Shown: positions 12,490-24,649, counted from the first letter of the stretch. The stretch: DNA of 64,000 bases from Piromyces finnis finn (GCA_002104945.1 MCFH01000035.1:248001-312000); one strand, 5' to 3'. The notes: generated from the sequence alone by a model not told the origin. Numbers and translations: made by a program.

Positions 12490-13615
12490 TTTTATTCTTA
12501 AATCGAAAGTAATATTAATCGTCAAAATAATATTATGAACAAGTTTCTCACTCAATAAGTGTAGGTAATACAACTACAACTATTCAAATATTAAATAATT
12601 AATGATAAAAAAATTTATTTTTTTTATTATACTAGGTTTTTTTTTGTTCTGTTAAAATATTATTAAATATTATTATTACTTGAAAGACAATAATTATTTT
12701 TAATTTAATGGAACATTAAAATTATATTCTAGTTATTTTCTGGAAAATTGGATCTAGTGAATGATTTTAAAAAAAAAAATCATTTCTAATTTCTAATTTC
12801 AAAGGAAAAATTAGAAATTATAAATTAAAACCTATTAAAAATTCTAGTATTAGTAATATGTAATTTTAAAAACAATGAATATCTATTTTATAATCAAATG
12901 ATTAATATGAAAAATTATAAATTGAGGTGAAATTAAAAGTATATTTACACTATTTCAAAAAAAAAAAAAAAAAAAAAAACTTATATATATTTAAACGCAT
13001 AATTGCAATACAATGCCAATATTTTATTTAATTATATTTTACTTAAAATCATTTACTTAACAAATTATAAGCATATTTTATCATATCTTATCATATCTTA
13101 TTATATTATCATTATCATGACAGTTTAAAAAAAAAAACATATTTATATCATATTAGTATCATATTATATTTTTTTAATCATATATTATCAATATTATCAA
13201 TATTATCAAATTTATTTTTTTTTTTATGTAAATACATCATATTTTAAAAAACAACCAACCAACCAACCAAGCAAACAAAAACAAAAAAAAAACAAACATA
13301 AAAAACTAAAAATAAAAACAAAGTACATATTTATGAATGCTAATAAAGAGCATAAAATAAATATAATAAATGTTATTAAAAAAAAAAAAAATAAAAAAAA
13401 CATTAGTTATATAATATTATTATGTAGCTCTTGTTGTTTTTAAACAATATATATAAAAATAAATAAAAATTAAAAAACAAAACAAAACAAAACAAAATGA
13501 AATGTGTAAATTTATTAAAATAATTTTTAATATTTTAACATAAAATTTTTGGATAAAAAATTTTTTATTTGGTTATAATTTTTAATATAATTTATTGCTT
13601 TATTTTTATTTTATT

Positions 13616-16600
13616 TTAAATAGATTTTAAGGATGAAAAGAATTCTTTATTTCCATTGTTTATTGAAAATATATTATTTTCATTCATATATTCATCAAAT
13701 ATATTTGGATTGTATTTCATTAAAACTTTAATTAAATTATAATTATGATGATCAAATGAAACAGTAAGAGCTGAATCCTTACAACGATCCTGTATATTGA
13801 CGTTAGCTTCATGTTCTAACAGATAGCTTACAATATCAATATTTCCTTGTTCACATGCATAAATTAAGGGTGTATCATTAAATTTATTTTGATGATTTAC
13901 TTTTGCACCATGTTCGATGAAGTATTTAATTTTAAGTATATGTCCTTCTTCACAGGCTTTCATTAATGGAGTACTACCATATTCATTCTGAATATTAATT
14001 TCCGCGCCTTGATTAATTAAATCAACCAATAAGTTATAATAAATTGGTAAATCTTTAAAAATGTTCTTATTATTCATTTGTATCATAAATTGGTTTTTAT
14101 CCGCACCATGCTCTATAAGATAGTTAACAATAGAATATTGATTATTTTCATAGGCAATTATTAATGCTGAATGGCCGGATGAATTAATTTGATTGACATT
14201 GACTTTATGGTCTATTAAATATTTTACAATAGACATAAAACCAAATTTACAGGCCTTCATTAAAGCAGAATATTGACTTTTTGTCGAACTATTAACGTCA
14301 ACCCCATGATGGACCAAAAATTGAACAGTCTCAATATCACCTTTTTCACATGCCATTAGAAGTACCGACCTTCCATAGACATCCTTCTTATTGAGATCCA
14401 TTTGATCACAATAATCAAAACATTGGGTAATAAGACTAAAATACCCTTTTTTATAGGCATTAATAATGAATTGATCGTCTATACTTGAAACTAGTTCTTT
14501 TAAACTATAATTTTCAGGATCTTTGATCCATTTCTTTATATTCATCGTCTCTTTTGTAATATGAATTAATAGGATAATTCCATAGGTTTCCGATACAGTA
14601 ATGTCTTTGGCATATCTTATAATAAATTTACATAAATTGATATTAATAGAGGTCAATGGTATAATAAATACTTGTAATCCTTCATCAATTTCTTCCTCCT
14701 CCTCCTCCTCCTCTTCTTCTTCAATGTTTTCTTCTTCTTCTTCTTCTTCCATTGTCCTAATTAAATAATGAACAATGTCGTAATGAGCGTTTTTATAAGC
14801 ATAAATTACAGCTGAATCATCTTTAACATCACAAAAATCAATAAAAGCATTATTTTCTATTAAATATTTTACAATCCTTAAATTTCCTTGCTGACATGCT
14901 AGCATTAAGGAAGATTGACCTAAATCATTGGTAGTATTAATGTTTGCTTTTTTTTGAATTAAATATTGAACTCGAGATAATTGTCCACTTTTACATGCGT
15001 ACATAAGTGCTGTGAATCCATGTTTATCTTTTTGATTAATATCTAGCCCATGATCAATAACAATTTTAGCTATTTCAAAATCCTTTGTATATTGAGATGC
15101 AAATAAGCTTTGATAATTTGAATTCTTTAGGTTTGAAATGTCGATACCACATTCAATAAAATATTTTAAACCTTCTAAATGACGACTATTGAAAGATTGT
15201 ATTATGGCTTTGGTCCTATTGAAATTTCCAATATTGTTACCTTCCACTAAACGTTTTATCAATTTAAGATTGTTATTTTCACAAGCATATAATAATGCAG
15301 TATACTTATAATTATTGATTACTTCTGTTATGGCACCTTCATGAATTAAATAATTTGCAATTTCATAATTATTTTTTTGACATGAAATAATTAAAGCGGT
15401 ATTATCGTTTCCATCAACTGCATTAATATGAGCACCTCTTTCAACCAAATATTTTACAATTTCCAGACTATTGATATTACATGCAAACATTAATAAAGTT
15501 TTTCCAAAATGATTTGAGGAATTAAGATTAGCACCGTTTTCATTTAAATATCTAATAATTTCAAAAATATCATTTAACATTTTAGTATCTACACAATAAT
15601 TATTATTCTCTTCAAATGTGAAGCTAAGTAAATGATGTGCCGCATTACTATTAATATCGGTTCTGTTGACATCCGCATGATGTTCAACTAAATATTTCAC
15701 CATATTAACATTAATATTTTCACAAGCAAACATTAATGCTGTTTGTTTTGAACTATTGGTAACGTTGATGTTGGCACCATGTTCAACCAAATATTCTACC
15801 ATAGGTAAATCATTATTTTTACTAGCTATTAATAAACCTTCAACAATATAATTTGTATAATTTTTAACAATTAAATTATTTTGTATCAAGTATTGCATAG
15901 TTTCCGTATGATTATTTTCAAAAGCTAGGGTTAATGCGGATTTTTGAAAAACATCATAGGTATTAAGATTAGCTCCATGTTCAATCAAATATTTAGATAG
16001 CTTAAAATAATTATTTTTTAATGCTTTCATCAGGCCCGTTCTTCGCTTAATGTCACATTGATTTACATCAGCACCATGCTCTATTAAATATTTAACAATA
16101 TTATATTGGTTATGTTCACAAGCCATTATTAAAGCAGTCATTCCATCCTTTGCCCGATGATGAATATTTGCACCATGTTTAATTAAAAGTTCTATAACTT
16201 CAATATTATTATTTTTACATGCCAAAGTTAATGCCTGATATCCAAAATCATTTGAGTGGGTAACTTCTGAACCATGTTCAATTAAATAATGAACGATATC
16301 GTAATTTCCATTTTCACTAGCATACATTAATCCAGTATTTTTAACATTATCCATGGCATTGACATCAGAATGATATTGAATTAAATGCTTTACTATATTA
16401 AAGTTATTACTTTGACATCCTTTAATTAGTTCAGATTCACCATACTTTCCTTTCCTATTCATGATACTATTATTTTTTAATAATAATTCAACAATGGAAT
16501 CATTTCCACCTTCACAAGCACATAATAATGCCGTTAATCCGTATTTACTAATACTATTCATATCAGCATGATGGTCAATCAAATATTTTACAATTTTATA

Positions 16601-19600
16601 ATTACCATTTTTGCATGCGTACATTAATGCTGTTCTTTTTTTGATATCTTTTGAATTAACATTAGCCCCCATATCTATCAAAAATGAAGCTATTTCGTAA
16701 CAGCCTTGCTCACATGCCATCATTAATAGAGTCTTTTTAGAATAATCATGAATTGTTTCAATATCACCGCCACTATTTACTAGGCGTTTGAATAGCATTA
16801 CATTATTATTTTCGCATGCTTTTGTTAATGCTGTTATACCATACCTATTAAACATGTTAATATTTGCATTATTTTTAATTAAATAATCAACAATTTCTAT
16901 AGAATTATTTTCACAAGCAATAATTAAAGCTGTGTTGCTACTCTCATTATTCTTATTAACATCAGCACCATGATCAATTAAATACTTTACAATTTCAATT
17001 TGATTATTACTACAACATTTCATTAATAGAGTATTTTGGGTACGATCACAATGAATATTAACATTGGCACCATTATCAATTAATCGTCTTATTATTGCCA
17101 TATTATTATTTTTACAAGCTATATAAAGCGCACTATGGCGTTTATAATCATTAGTATTATAAATATTTACATTTCCACCATGATTTAATAAATAATTTAT
17201 CATTTCAATATTATTATTTTCACATGCCATGATTAATGCGGTATCTCCAATTTTATTTTGATAGTTAATATTCATTCCCATTTCAATCAAGTATTTCATT
17301 AATTCCATTTGATTGTTTTTACACGCCATAATTAGTGCATTATTATTTTGTATATGGTGGGCCCAAATATCTGGTTGCATTTCCATTAAATATTTTGTTA
17401 TCCTTATATTATTTTCTTGACATGCTATAAGAAGAGCCGAATTTTTTTTGAAAGTATTATATTTATTGATATTTGCGCCATGTTCTACTAAATATTTAAC
17501 CATTAGTAAATTATTATTTTGACATGCATAGAAAAGAGGTGTGAATCCTTCTTTATCTTCTTGATTTACATCAATTTTTTGTTCTACTAAATAATTAACA
17601 ATACTCATATTATTTGATTTGCATGCATAAATTAAATTGGTAGTACCATCATTTGTCACTGAATTTATATCTGCTCCATGCTCCACTAAATATTTTACTA
17701 CATCTATATCATTAGTTTGGCATGCCAATAAAAGGGCTGTGTATCCAGAACTACTACAACAATTAATATCAGCGCCATGATCCACTAAATATTTTACTAT
17801 TTTAATATTACTACTGCTTTTACATATGTACATCAATGCAGTAAAACCATGCTTATTCAATTTATTAATTTCTACATCATGCTCTACTAAATAAGAAATA
17901 ATATCAAAATTATTATTTTTACAAGCTAATATTAATTCAGTATCTTCAAAAGCGTTTTCATTATTTAAATTAGCATGATGATCAATTAAATATTTTGTAA
18001 CTTCAGTATCATTATTTTCGATAGCAAACATCAAGGCTGTATAATTTAAATTGTTTGATTTATTAATATCTGCGCCGTGATGGACAAGGTATTTTACAAT
18101 TTCAATATTTTTTTTGATACAAGCTTTCATTAGTGGAGTTGAGCCATGATCATCCACCTCATTGACATTATACCCATTTTTTACTAAAATATCCACTGAT
18201 TCAATATCATTTAATAAGCACTTATTTATTAACACGTTATTTCCTAGAGTGTACTCATTATGGACATTGAATTGTCTTTTTTTTTCAAAAAGATAAACTA
18301 TATCCCAATGACCATGGTCAAATGCCACCATTTGTGGTTGATTACTATAACTATTATACAATTCAATTTTAATATTTTTTTCTAACAGATATTGAACAAT
18401 ATCATAGTACCCCTTCTCACATGCAAATACAATTGGTGTTACACCATAATGATCTGCTTTATTAATATCTGCGCCATGATCTACCAAATATTTTACTAAT
18501 TCTAAGTCTGGAAAAGCTTTCATTAATGCAGTACCTTGGTAATACGAATGTTCATTTAAATCAGCATCATGTTCAACAAGATATTTAATCATTTTAAGAT
18601 CTTTTCTTTCACATGAAATCATTAATAAGGTATCTTCGTAATCTGGTTTTACGTTAGGATCTGCATTCTTCTCCATTAAATAATTTACTAAATCGTCGTT
18701 ATCATATTTATAGGCTAAATAAAGTAACGACTGATTATTAAAACCGAGTACATTAACTGTTCCAAATTTCTTAATAATAAATTTTATCATATCCATATCT
18801 CTTGAAACTACAAACTCTTCAATTGGAACACAAAAATCCTTTGGATTAACATAGGTACTATAATCTATAATAGTTTTACAAACGGATGGATATTTAATGT
18901 TTCTGCCAATTTCTTTATATATATTAATACCATATTCAATTAAATACTTATAAAATGTATGATCTTTTTTTTTAACATATTGTAAATTTAGATAGTAATC
19001 ATTGTATGAACTAACACCATGATTTAATAAAAATTTAATGGTATTGAGATCGGTAGAATTTCCATAATAATAATATTTATTTATTATATATGAAATACCA
19101 GATTCTCCATCAAAATTATTTTTTATAGATGTGTCAGCACCATGTAGAGTTAGATATTCAATAGATTTTGAATTTCCATTTCCACATTCATCTACAAAAA
19201 TAGTTTTTGAGTAATGATCGCTGGTATCATATTTATCGAGGTCTAAACCTTGTTCCATCATAAAGTCAGCTATTTCATAATCATTATTATAAAAGCATGA
19301 ACTTAACATATCTATATAATAAAAATGTCTATTGAATATATTAGGGTCGGCTTTAAAATTCCGCAAGGACTTCAAAACCTCGATAGAGCTGGTTTTCTTT
19401 ACATTTTTTGAAAAACTATTATAAAATATTTTGACACCCTTTTTTATATAATTATTTATATCCGTATCATGAGTTTTTTCCTTTACCATATCATAAAGAT
19501 AGTTAAATGGTATTTTTACGACACCAATTTCTGTATATTCCTTATGTATTTTATTTAATTGGGTATCGGACCATGCTATTTTATTTTTTGAATTTTGAAC

Positions 19601-20275
19601 TAATATCAAGGCATATTTTTCAATATTTTTATTATATTCCTTTATAGCTATGTTTAAATATTTATCAAAATTAGTTTTATTCTTTGATTTATTGCTTTCT
19701 GTAATTTCTTCTATTTCTCCTGTTTCTGTTTCTTCACTATCTAGTAAATTACCAGAAGCAGCATACAATCTTTCTAGAAAATAATTTATATTAACTTTTC
19801 TGTGATATAAAAATTTAAATATATAATCATTTAATAAATTATTATTATAAAGATATATCAATAAATTTTCTCCATATTTATTACAGAAATTAATATCAGC
19901 ACCATGTTCCTCCAATAAATTAAATATTTTTACGTATTGTTTTATTAAAAAAAAGGAAGTTGAGTTTTTCGGAATTGCTTTCTCAAAAGCGACAAATAAT
20001 GGCACCTCATTTTCTTTCGTTTCATAATTCAAACTTGTTTTATACTTTTTACAATTCTTTATTATATATTCAATAATATCGATTGAACCGTTATTATTTA
20101 TTGCATATACTAATAAATCAAAATCTTTGTTATTTATATCGTCAATTTTAAATATATCTTTATTTACTTCTAAAAATAATTGAAAATTGTTTAATACATT
20201 CTCTTCTTTTGAATTTAATATTTTTTTAATTTCAATTGTCTTGTCGTAATTATCATTATTATTATATAAATTCAT
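13616..20275 (-). CDS. Giant intronless ankyrin-repeat protein (2219 aa)
   Basis: One uninterrupted ORF with recurring G.TPL..AC..NN..IVKYLVEHGADIN units at ~33-aa spacing, roughly 45-50 repeats estimated from length. It has a degenerate N-terminal region and a poly-Glu interruption near 14690-14750. Confidence 0.95.
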   Translation of the reverse strand: MNLYNNNDNYDKTIEIKKILNSKEENVLNNFQLFLEVNKDIFKIDDINNKDFDLLVYAINNNGSIDIIEYIIKNCKKYKTSLNYETKENEVPLFVAFEKAIPKNSTSFFLIKQYVKIFNLLEEHGADINFCNKYGENLLIYLYNNNLLNDYIFKFLYHRKVNINYFLERLYAASGNLLDSEETETGEIEEITESNKSKNKTNFDKYLNIAIKEYNKNIEKYALILVQNSKNKIAWSDTQLNKIHKEYTEIGVVKIPFNYLYDMVKEKTHDTDINNYIKKGVKIFYNSFSKNVKKTSSIEVLKSLRNFKADPNIFNRHFYYIDMLSSCFYNNDYEIADFMMEQGLDLDKYDTSDHYSKTIFVDECGNGNSKSIEYLTLHGADTSIKNNFDGESGISYIINKYYYYGNSTDLNTIKFLLNHGVSSYNDYYLNLQYVKKKDHTFYKYLIEYGINIYKEIGRNIKYPSVCKTIIDYSTYVNPKDFCVPIEEFVVSRDMDMIKFIIKKFGTVNVLGFNNQSLLYLAYKYDNDDLVNYLMEKNADPNVKPDYEDTLLMISCERKDLKMIKYLVEHDADLNEHSYYQGTALMKAFPDLELVKYLVDHGADINKADHYGVTPIVFACEKGYYDIVQYLLEKNIKIELYNSYSNQPQMVAFDHGHWDIVYLFEKKRQFNVHNEYTLGNNVLINKCLLNDIESVDILVKNGYNVNEVDDHGSTPLMKACIKKNIEIVKYLVHHGADINKSNNLNYTALMFAIENNDTEVTKYLIDHHANLNNENAFEDTELILACKNNNFDIISYLVEHDVEINKLNKHGFTALMYICKSSSNIKIVKYLVDHGADINCCSSSGYTALLLACQTNDIDVVKYLVEHGADINSVTNDGTTNLIYACKSNNMSIVNYLVEQKIDVNQEDKEGFTPLFYACQNNNLLMVKYLVEHGANINKYNTFKKNSALLIACQENNIRITKYLMEMQPDIWAHHIQNNNALIMACKNNQMELMKYLIEMGMNINYQNKIGDTALIMACENNNIEMINYLLNHGGNVNIYNTNDYKRHSALYIACKNNNMAIIRRLIDNGANVNIHCDRTQNTLLMKCCSNNQIEIVKYLIDHGADVNKNNESSNTALIIACENNSIEIVDYLIKNNANINMFNRYGITALTKACENNNVMLFKRLVNSGGDIETIHDYSKKTLLMMACEQGCYEIASFLIDMGANVNSKDIKKRTALMYACKNGNYKIVKYLIDHHADMNSISKYGLTALLCACEGGNDSIVELLLKNNSIMNRKGKYGESELIKGCQSNNFNIVKHLIQYHSDVNAMDNVKNTGLMYASENGNYDIVHYLIEHGSEVTHSNDFGYQALTLACKNNNIEVIELLIKHGANIHHRAKDGMTALIMACEHNQYNIVKYLIEHGADVNQCDIKRRTGLMKALKNNYFKLSKYLIEHGANLNTYDVFQKSALTLAFENNHTETMQYLIQNNLIVKNYTNYIVEGLLIASKNNDLPMVEYLVEHGANINVTNSSKQTALMFACENINVNMVKYLVEHHADVNRTDINSNAAHHLLSFTFEENNNYCVDTKMLNDIFEIIRYLNENGANLNSSNHFGKTLLMFACNINSLEIVKYLVERGAHINAVDGNDNTALIISCQKNNYEIANYLIHEGAITEVINNYKYTALLYACENNNLKLIKRLVEGNNIGNFNRTKAIIQSFNSRHLEGLKYFIECGIDISNLKNSNYQSLFASQYTKDFEIAKIVIDHGLDINQKDKHGFTALMYACKSGQLSRVQYLIQKKANINTTNDLGQSSLMLACQQGNLRIVKYLIENNAFIDFCDVKDDSAVIYAYKNAHYDIVHYLIRTMEEEEEEENIEEEEEEEEEEEIDEGLQVFIIPLTSININLCKFIIRYAKDITVSETYGIILLIHITKETMNIKKWIKDPENYSLKELVSSIDDQFIINAYKKGYFSLITQCFDYCDQMDLNKKDVYGRSVLLMACEKGDIETVQFLVHHGVDVNSSTKSQYSALMKACKFGFMSIVKYLIDHKVNVNQINSSGHSALIIAYENNQYSIVNYLIEHGADKNQFMIQMNNKNIFKDLPIYYNLLVDLINQGAEINIQNEYGSTPLMKACEEGHILKIKYFIEHGAKVNHQNKFNDTPLIYACEQGNIDIVSYLLEHEANVNIQDRCKDSALTVSFDHHNYNLIKVLMKYNPNIFDEYMNENNIFSINNGNKEFFSSLKSI

Positions 20276-21085
20276 ATTTTATTACTTTTTAATAATATGA
20301 AAAGAAAAGAGAATGTTATATGTTATTATGAAAAAAATATGTAAAATATTCTCCTTTTCTTTATTTATAAATATTCCAAATTGAAAATTTACTGTCCTTT
20401 TATAATTCAATTATTTATTAATATGTTTGTTTTAATTTAGTTAATTAAAAAATCCAATTAATATTTAAAATTTTAAAAAAATATTGTAAATACATTAAAC
20501 GAATAATGTATACAAATGTATTAAACTAATGTATATTAAATATATAAACTTTAAATATCAGAAATATAAATAATACTTTATATACATTGCAAATATTACA
20601 GTTATATAATGATATGATATGTTAGGTCATGTAATCGTATTACTTTTTTTTTTTATTTAAAAAGAAAGAAAAGCATGAATTTAATAAAGAAAAATCAAAA
20701 AATTATAAATATTATTTTTTATTTTTTATAAAAAAATGAAATGTTTTTTTTTTTTATTATTAAATTTTATTTTATTTTATTTTATTTTACTTTTTATATA
20801 ATTATAAAGAATAGTCTTTTGTCAAATTTCAAGTAGATTATAATAAATGTATCGAGAATAAATAGAGTTTTGAAAATATATTACATACTTTTATATATTG
20901 GATTTTTTTTTTTTTTTTTGTTAATTTTACTTTTTGATAAAAAAAAATAAAAATAAAAAATATTCTGAATTAATGAATTAATATAATACTAAATTGAAAA
21001 TTATATATATAATATATATATATGATATATATGATATATACTATTTCTATTTATTATTATTTTGTATTTTGTATATATTATTGCT

Positions 21086-21117
<32 letters not shown>

Positions 21118-21303
21118 TATTCGTTCATTTTGTTTTTTAATTTTTTTTATTCTAAAATTTTACTTATACTTTAATTTTATTTATCGTTATTAAATGTGTG
21201 AAGATAATAATGAAAAATGAAAAAATGAAAAAAAAAAATTATATATTTATATATTATAAATATTATTAGCTATATATAATATATTATATATATTTAATAA
21301 TAC

Positions 21304-24300
21304 TTAATTAAGTCCTGGAGTGGTCCAAACAGAAATTCTTTTGTCACTCTTACGAGTCATATTAGTAGATGGGTATTTTTCGCTCATTAATTTAGAAACA
21401 ACTTGTTGGTGTTCAATCTTCATTCTCTTACCAACACGATCATATCTAACTAATGGATCAATTGAATAACGTTCTTGACGTTGAATATTATCACAGGTAC
21501 AACCTAATAATTGCCAGTACATCTTTTCATGTTTGGTAAGAACAGATGGTCCATCAATACCATCATTACTTTCAGCATACCAGTTTTCTGGTTCACCCAT
21601 CATTTGTAATACCCAAGCTAAATCCATAGCGGATAAAGTAGAGTAAGCTAAACCATTTCCTTGTTCCCAGAATGGTTCAACTAAGGCATCACCTATCATG
21701 GCAACAAATAAGGCCTTCTTTGGTGTGTTATCCTTATTTTCTTTTAATAATTTTTCATTCTTTGCAATTTCAGCTTCACGACGAAGACGAGCGGCTTCTT
21801 CTTCATCAATAGCCTTTTGCTTTTCTTTCTTTTTATTAAGTTCAAGAGCTTCTTTTTCAAATTCTTCTGGAAGAACCTTTACATGGTTTCTTTCTTCTTC
21901 TTCCTTTAAGAGTCTTAATCTTTCCTTTTCAGCTTCCTTTGCCTTTCTTTGTTCTTCAAGGGCTTCCTTAATTAAAATTTCATCTTCTTCTCTACCCTTT
22001 CTAAGGACTTCTTCCTTTCTTTTCTTTTCTTCTTCTTCCTTTTTCTTTAATTCCTTTTGCTTTTCACTCCATGTTGGTCCTGTTTGAACTGGTGCTGGAG
22101 CTGGATTTTCCTTTTTCTTTTCTTCTTCTTTTTGTTGAGCAAAAGCTTTTTGTCTTTCACTCCATGTTGGTCCAGTGCTCTTTGGAATCTTAAGATCCTT
22201 TTCCTTTGGCTTATCAGCGTTTGCAGTAATAGATTCCCATTTATTGACATTAATTTTTGAAACCTTCTTTACTAGTTCAGGCTTCTTAACATTATTGTCA
22301 TCAGAAACTTGAGCAAAGAAACTCATTCTTTTAGAAACTAAACCTGATAAGTTTTTAGATGGGAAATCTTTTGGCTTGCTGGAGAAACTCTTTTGTTGCT
22401 GTTGTTGTTGTTGCTGTTCGAAAGCACGAAGAGAATTTCTTGAAAGTGGTCTTGGAATTGGACTAGAAGAACCACCTCTTCTTCTTAATTCATTCATTAA
22501 TCTAGCATCTTCATCCATTTTTTTCTTAGCAAGAGCAGCTTCTTCCATTCTTCTTTTAGCATCTTCTTCAGCTCTCTTCTTTCTTGCTTCTTCTTCGGCC
22601 TTTCTCTTAGCTTCTTCTTCAGCTTTTCTCTTAGCTTCTTCTTCGGCCTTCTTTTTAGCTTCTTCTTCGACCTTCTTTCTAGCTTCTTCTTCGGCTTTTC
22701 TTCTGGCTTCTTCTTCTGCCTTTCTTCTAGCTTCTTCTTCTGCCTTTCTTCTGGCTTCTTCTTCCTTACGCTTTCTTTCAATTTCTAATTCCATTTCTCT
22801 TCTGCGCTTCATTCTATCATTATATATTTCTTCCTTTTCAATTCTTTCTTTATTTGGAATTCTCTTTATAATTTTTTGTGGTGGTTCAACCTTTGGTGGA
22901 GTATATTCAAATGGCTAAAAAAAAAATTTATAAAATAATTATATATCATAAGTATTATTATAAATTAATTTAAATAGAATACATTTATAGTTATTCTTGT
23001 GTTGCCTTTTTTTAAAATGACTTTTTAAAGTAAAAATCGAAAATAAATAAATAAAAAAAATATTTCTTATATTACCTCAACTAAGAATTTACTTGGTTTA
23101 TTAGAACAATGACGTTCTGAAATATTATAAATTCCAATGAATGGTTTATTAGATTTATTTGAAATAGATAAAAGACAGGTAGCTGGGATTTTACATTTAT
23201 CAGCAACTCTTCTAAGATAGGTTGCTAAAATGTCGTAATTTACATTTTCTGGTTCTAATAATTCATCTAAATCATCTCTATCTTCATTTAAAACACCAGT
23301 TTCTAATAAGTTTTCCTTACTAGGAGTGGTTAAAATGAAATGTGTTTCATCAGCATTGTAAATAATATTTGAAAATTGAACAGCACAAACACCATGTTTA
23401 AATGGAGCATATTTAGCTTTACTTAAATTTGAAATACTGTTATCAGTATCAAAATTTGCAGTTATAGCAATATCATGAAGACCAGGAATAACTTGTCTTT
23501 CAAAGTTAAATTCCTTCATTATATTTGTATTATGACCTGAAGCATCAACTAATACATTAAATTCATAATTTTTAAGTTCTTCATGTTCAGTTTCAAAAGT
23601 AGCAGTATAATATGGTGATTTTTTGTTATCGAAACGATTAACATATTTATATTCGGAATTTGGATAAACTATTTAATAGTGAGATGAAAAGTTTTTTTAA
23701 AGAAAACAGAAAATGAAAAGGATTATTTGAGTTATTTATAATATTTTATATAAAATTTTATAACAAAATATGGCAATATTAAAATAAAATATTATATATT
23801 AATAGTTAATTATAAATTTGTGTTTCTAAAATAATTACCTCTTACACCAAGAATAAGTGCAATTTTTAATAAGCAAAGTTGAAGTCTCTTTGTAGAGATT
23901 AAATCGTGTCCATGAACACCAAATTCTTTATAGAGATCTCGAACACCCAAATCACGAAGATCGATAAGATCGAAATCCCAAGCTTCTAAAATTTCAGTTC
24001 TATCAAAGAAATTCTTCTTTTCAGCAACAACGATATTATTGAATTTTAAAAAGGCAGCTTCAATAGCCATTCTAAGACCGGCTGGACCTGCCCCGATAAT
24101 AAGAATGTTTCTTTCTTGTGGATATATTTTTTTATTATCTTCACGATATTCTTCTCTTTTTCTTAAGAATTCTTCGTAAACTTTTGCACTTTTTTGGTAT
24201 TCTTGGGCTTCAAAATGATTATCTAAACCTTTCCATAGTGGACGTAAGTGTGGAATAGTACGGATACTTGCCTTTTTTAAATTGTTATAAACAATTTGTG

Positions 24301-24649
24301 GTTCTTTTGTTTTAACGCTGAAAGTATCATTTTTGACTATTTCTTCAATTTCAAGGAATTCTGGTAAATTTCTCCAAGATTCATCTTCTGGAACAGATAA
24401 ATCAATTGGTGTTGTATCTCTCTTTGGTTGTGGTTTTGATATTGGTTGAATGTTTCTATTGAAAATATTTGCTATTTCATTAGTATTACCACCACCTTCC
24501 TTCATTTTTTCTAATTTATCTACACAAGATTGTTTGTATTCTTGGAAAGCCTCTAAGGTTTCTTCTAAATCATCAGCTTCAACAAATTTTATTAAATTTT
24601 CTTTGACATTTGAAGTGTCAGTCTTTAAAGCAGTAATTCCACCCAACAT
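21304..24649 (-). CDS. MICAL-like FAD-dependent monooxygenase with a large internal charged insertion, 3 exons, ~1004 aa
   Basis: complement(join(21304..22914,23076..23668,23839..24649)); both introns GT-AG and phase-consistent. MICAL MO-domain motifs in order: FVEADDLEETLEAFQE, LWKGLD, ILIIGAGPAGLRMAIEAAFL, ISTKRLQLCLLKIALILGV, YEFNVLVDASG, AITANF, FSNIIY..DETHFILTTPSKENLLETGVL, MIGDALVEPFWEQGNG, SAMDLAW, YSIDPLVRY. No CH or LIM domain follows. Confidence 0.88.
22560..22775 (-). repeat. 24-bp coding repeat encoding (EEEARRKA)n single-alpha-helix type sequence
   Basis: Translation KEEEARRKAEEEARRKAEEEARRKAEEEARKKVEEEAKKKAEEEAKRKAEEEAKRKAEEEARKK inside exon 3 of the monooxygenase gene. Confidence 0.9.

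Noticed and set aside
21698-22918. Antisense and alternate-frame ORFs (21698, 22047, 22057, 22376, 22497)
   Set aside because: They are by-products of the E/K/R-rich low-complexity coding strand of the monooxygenase exon 3.
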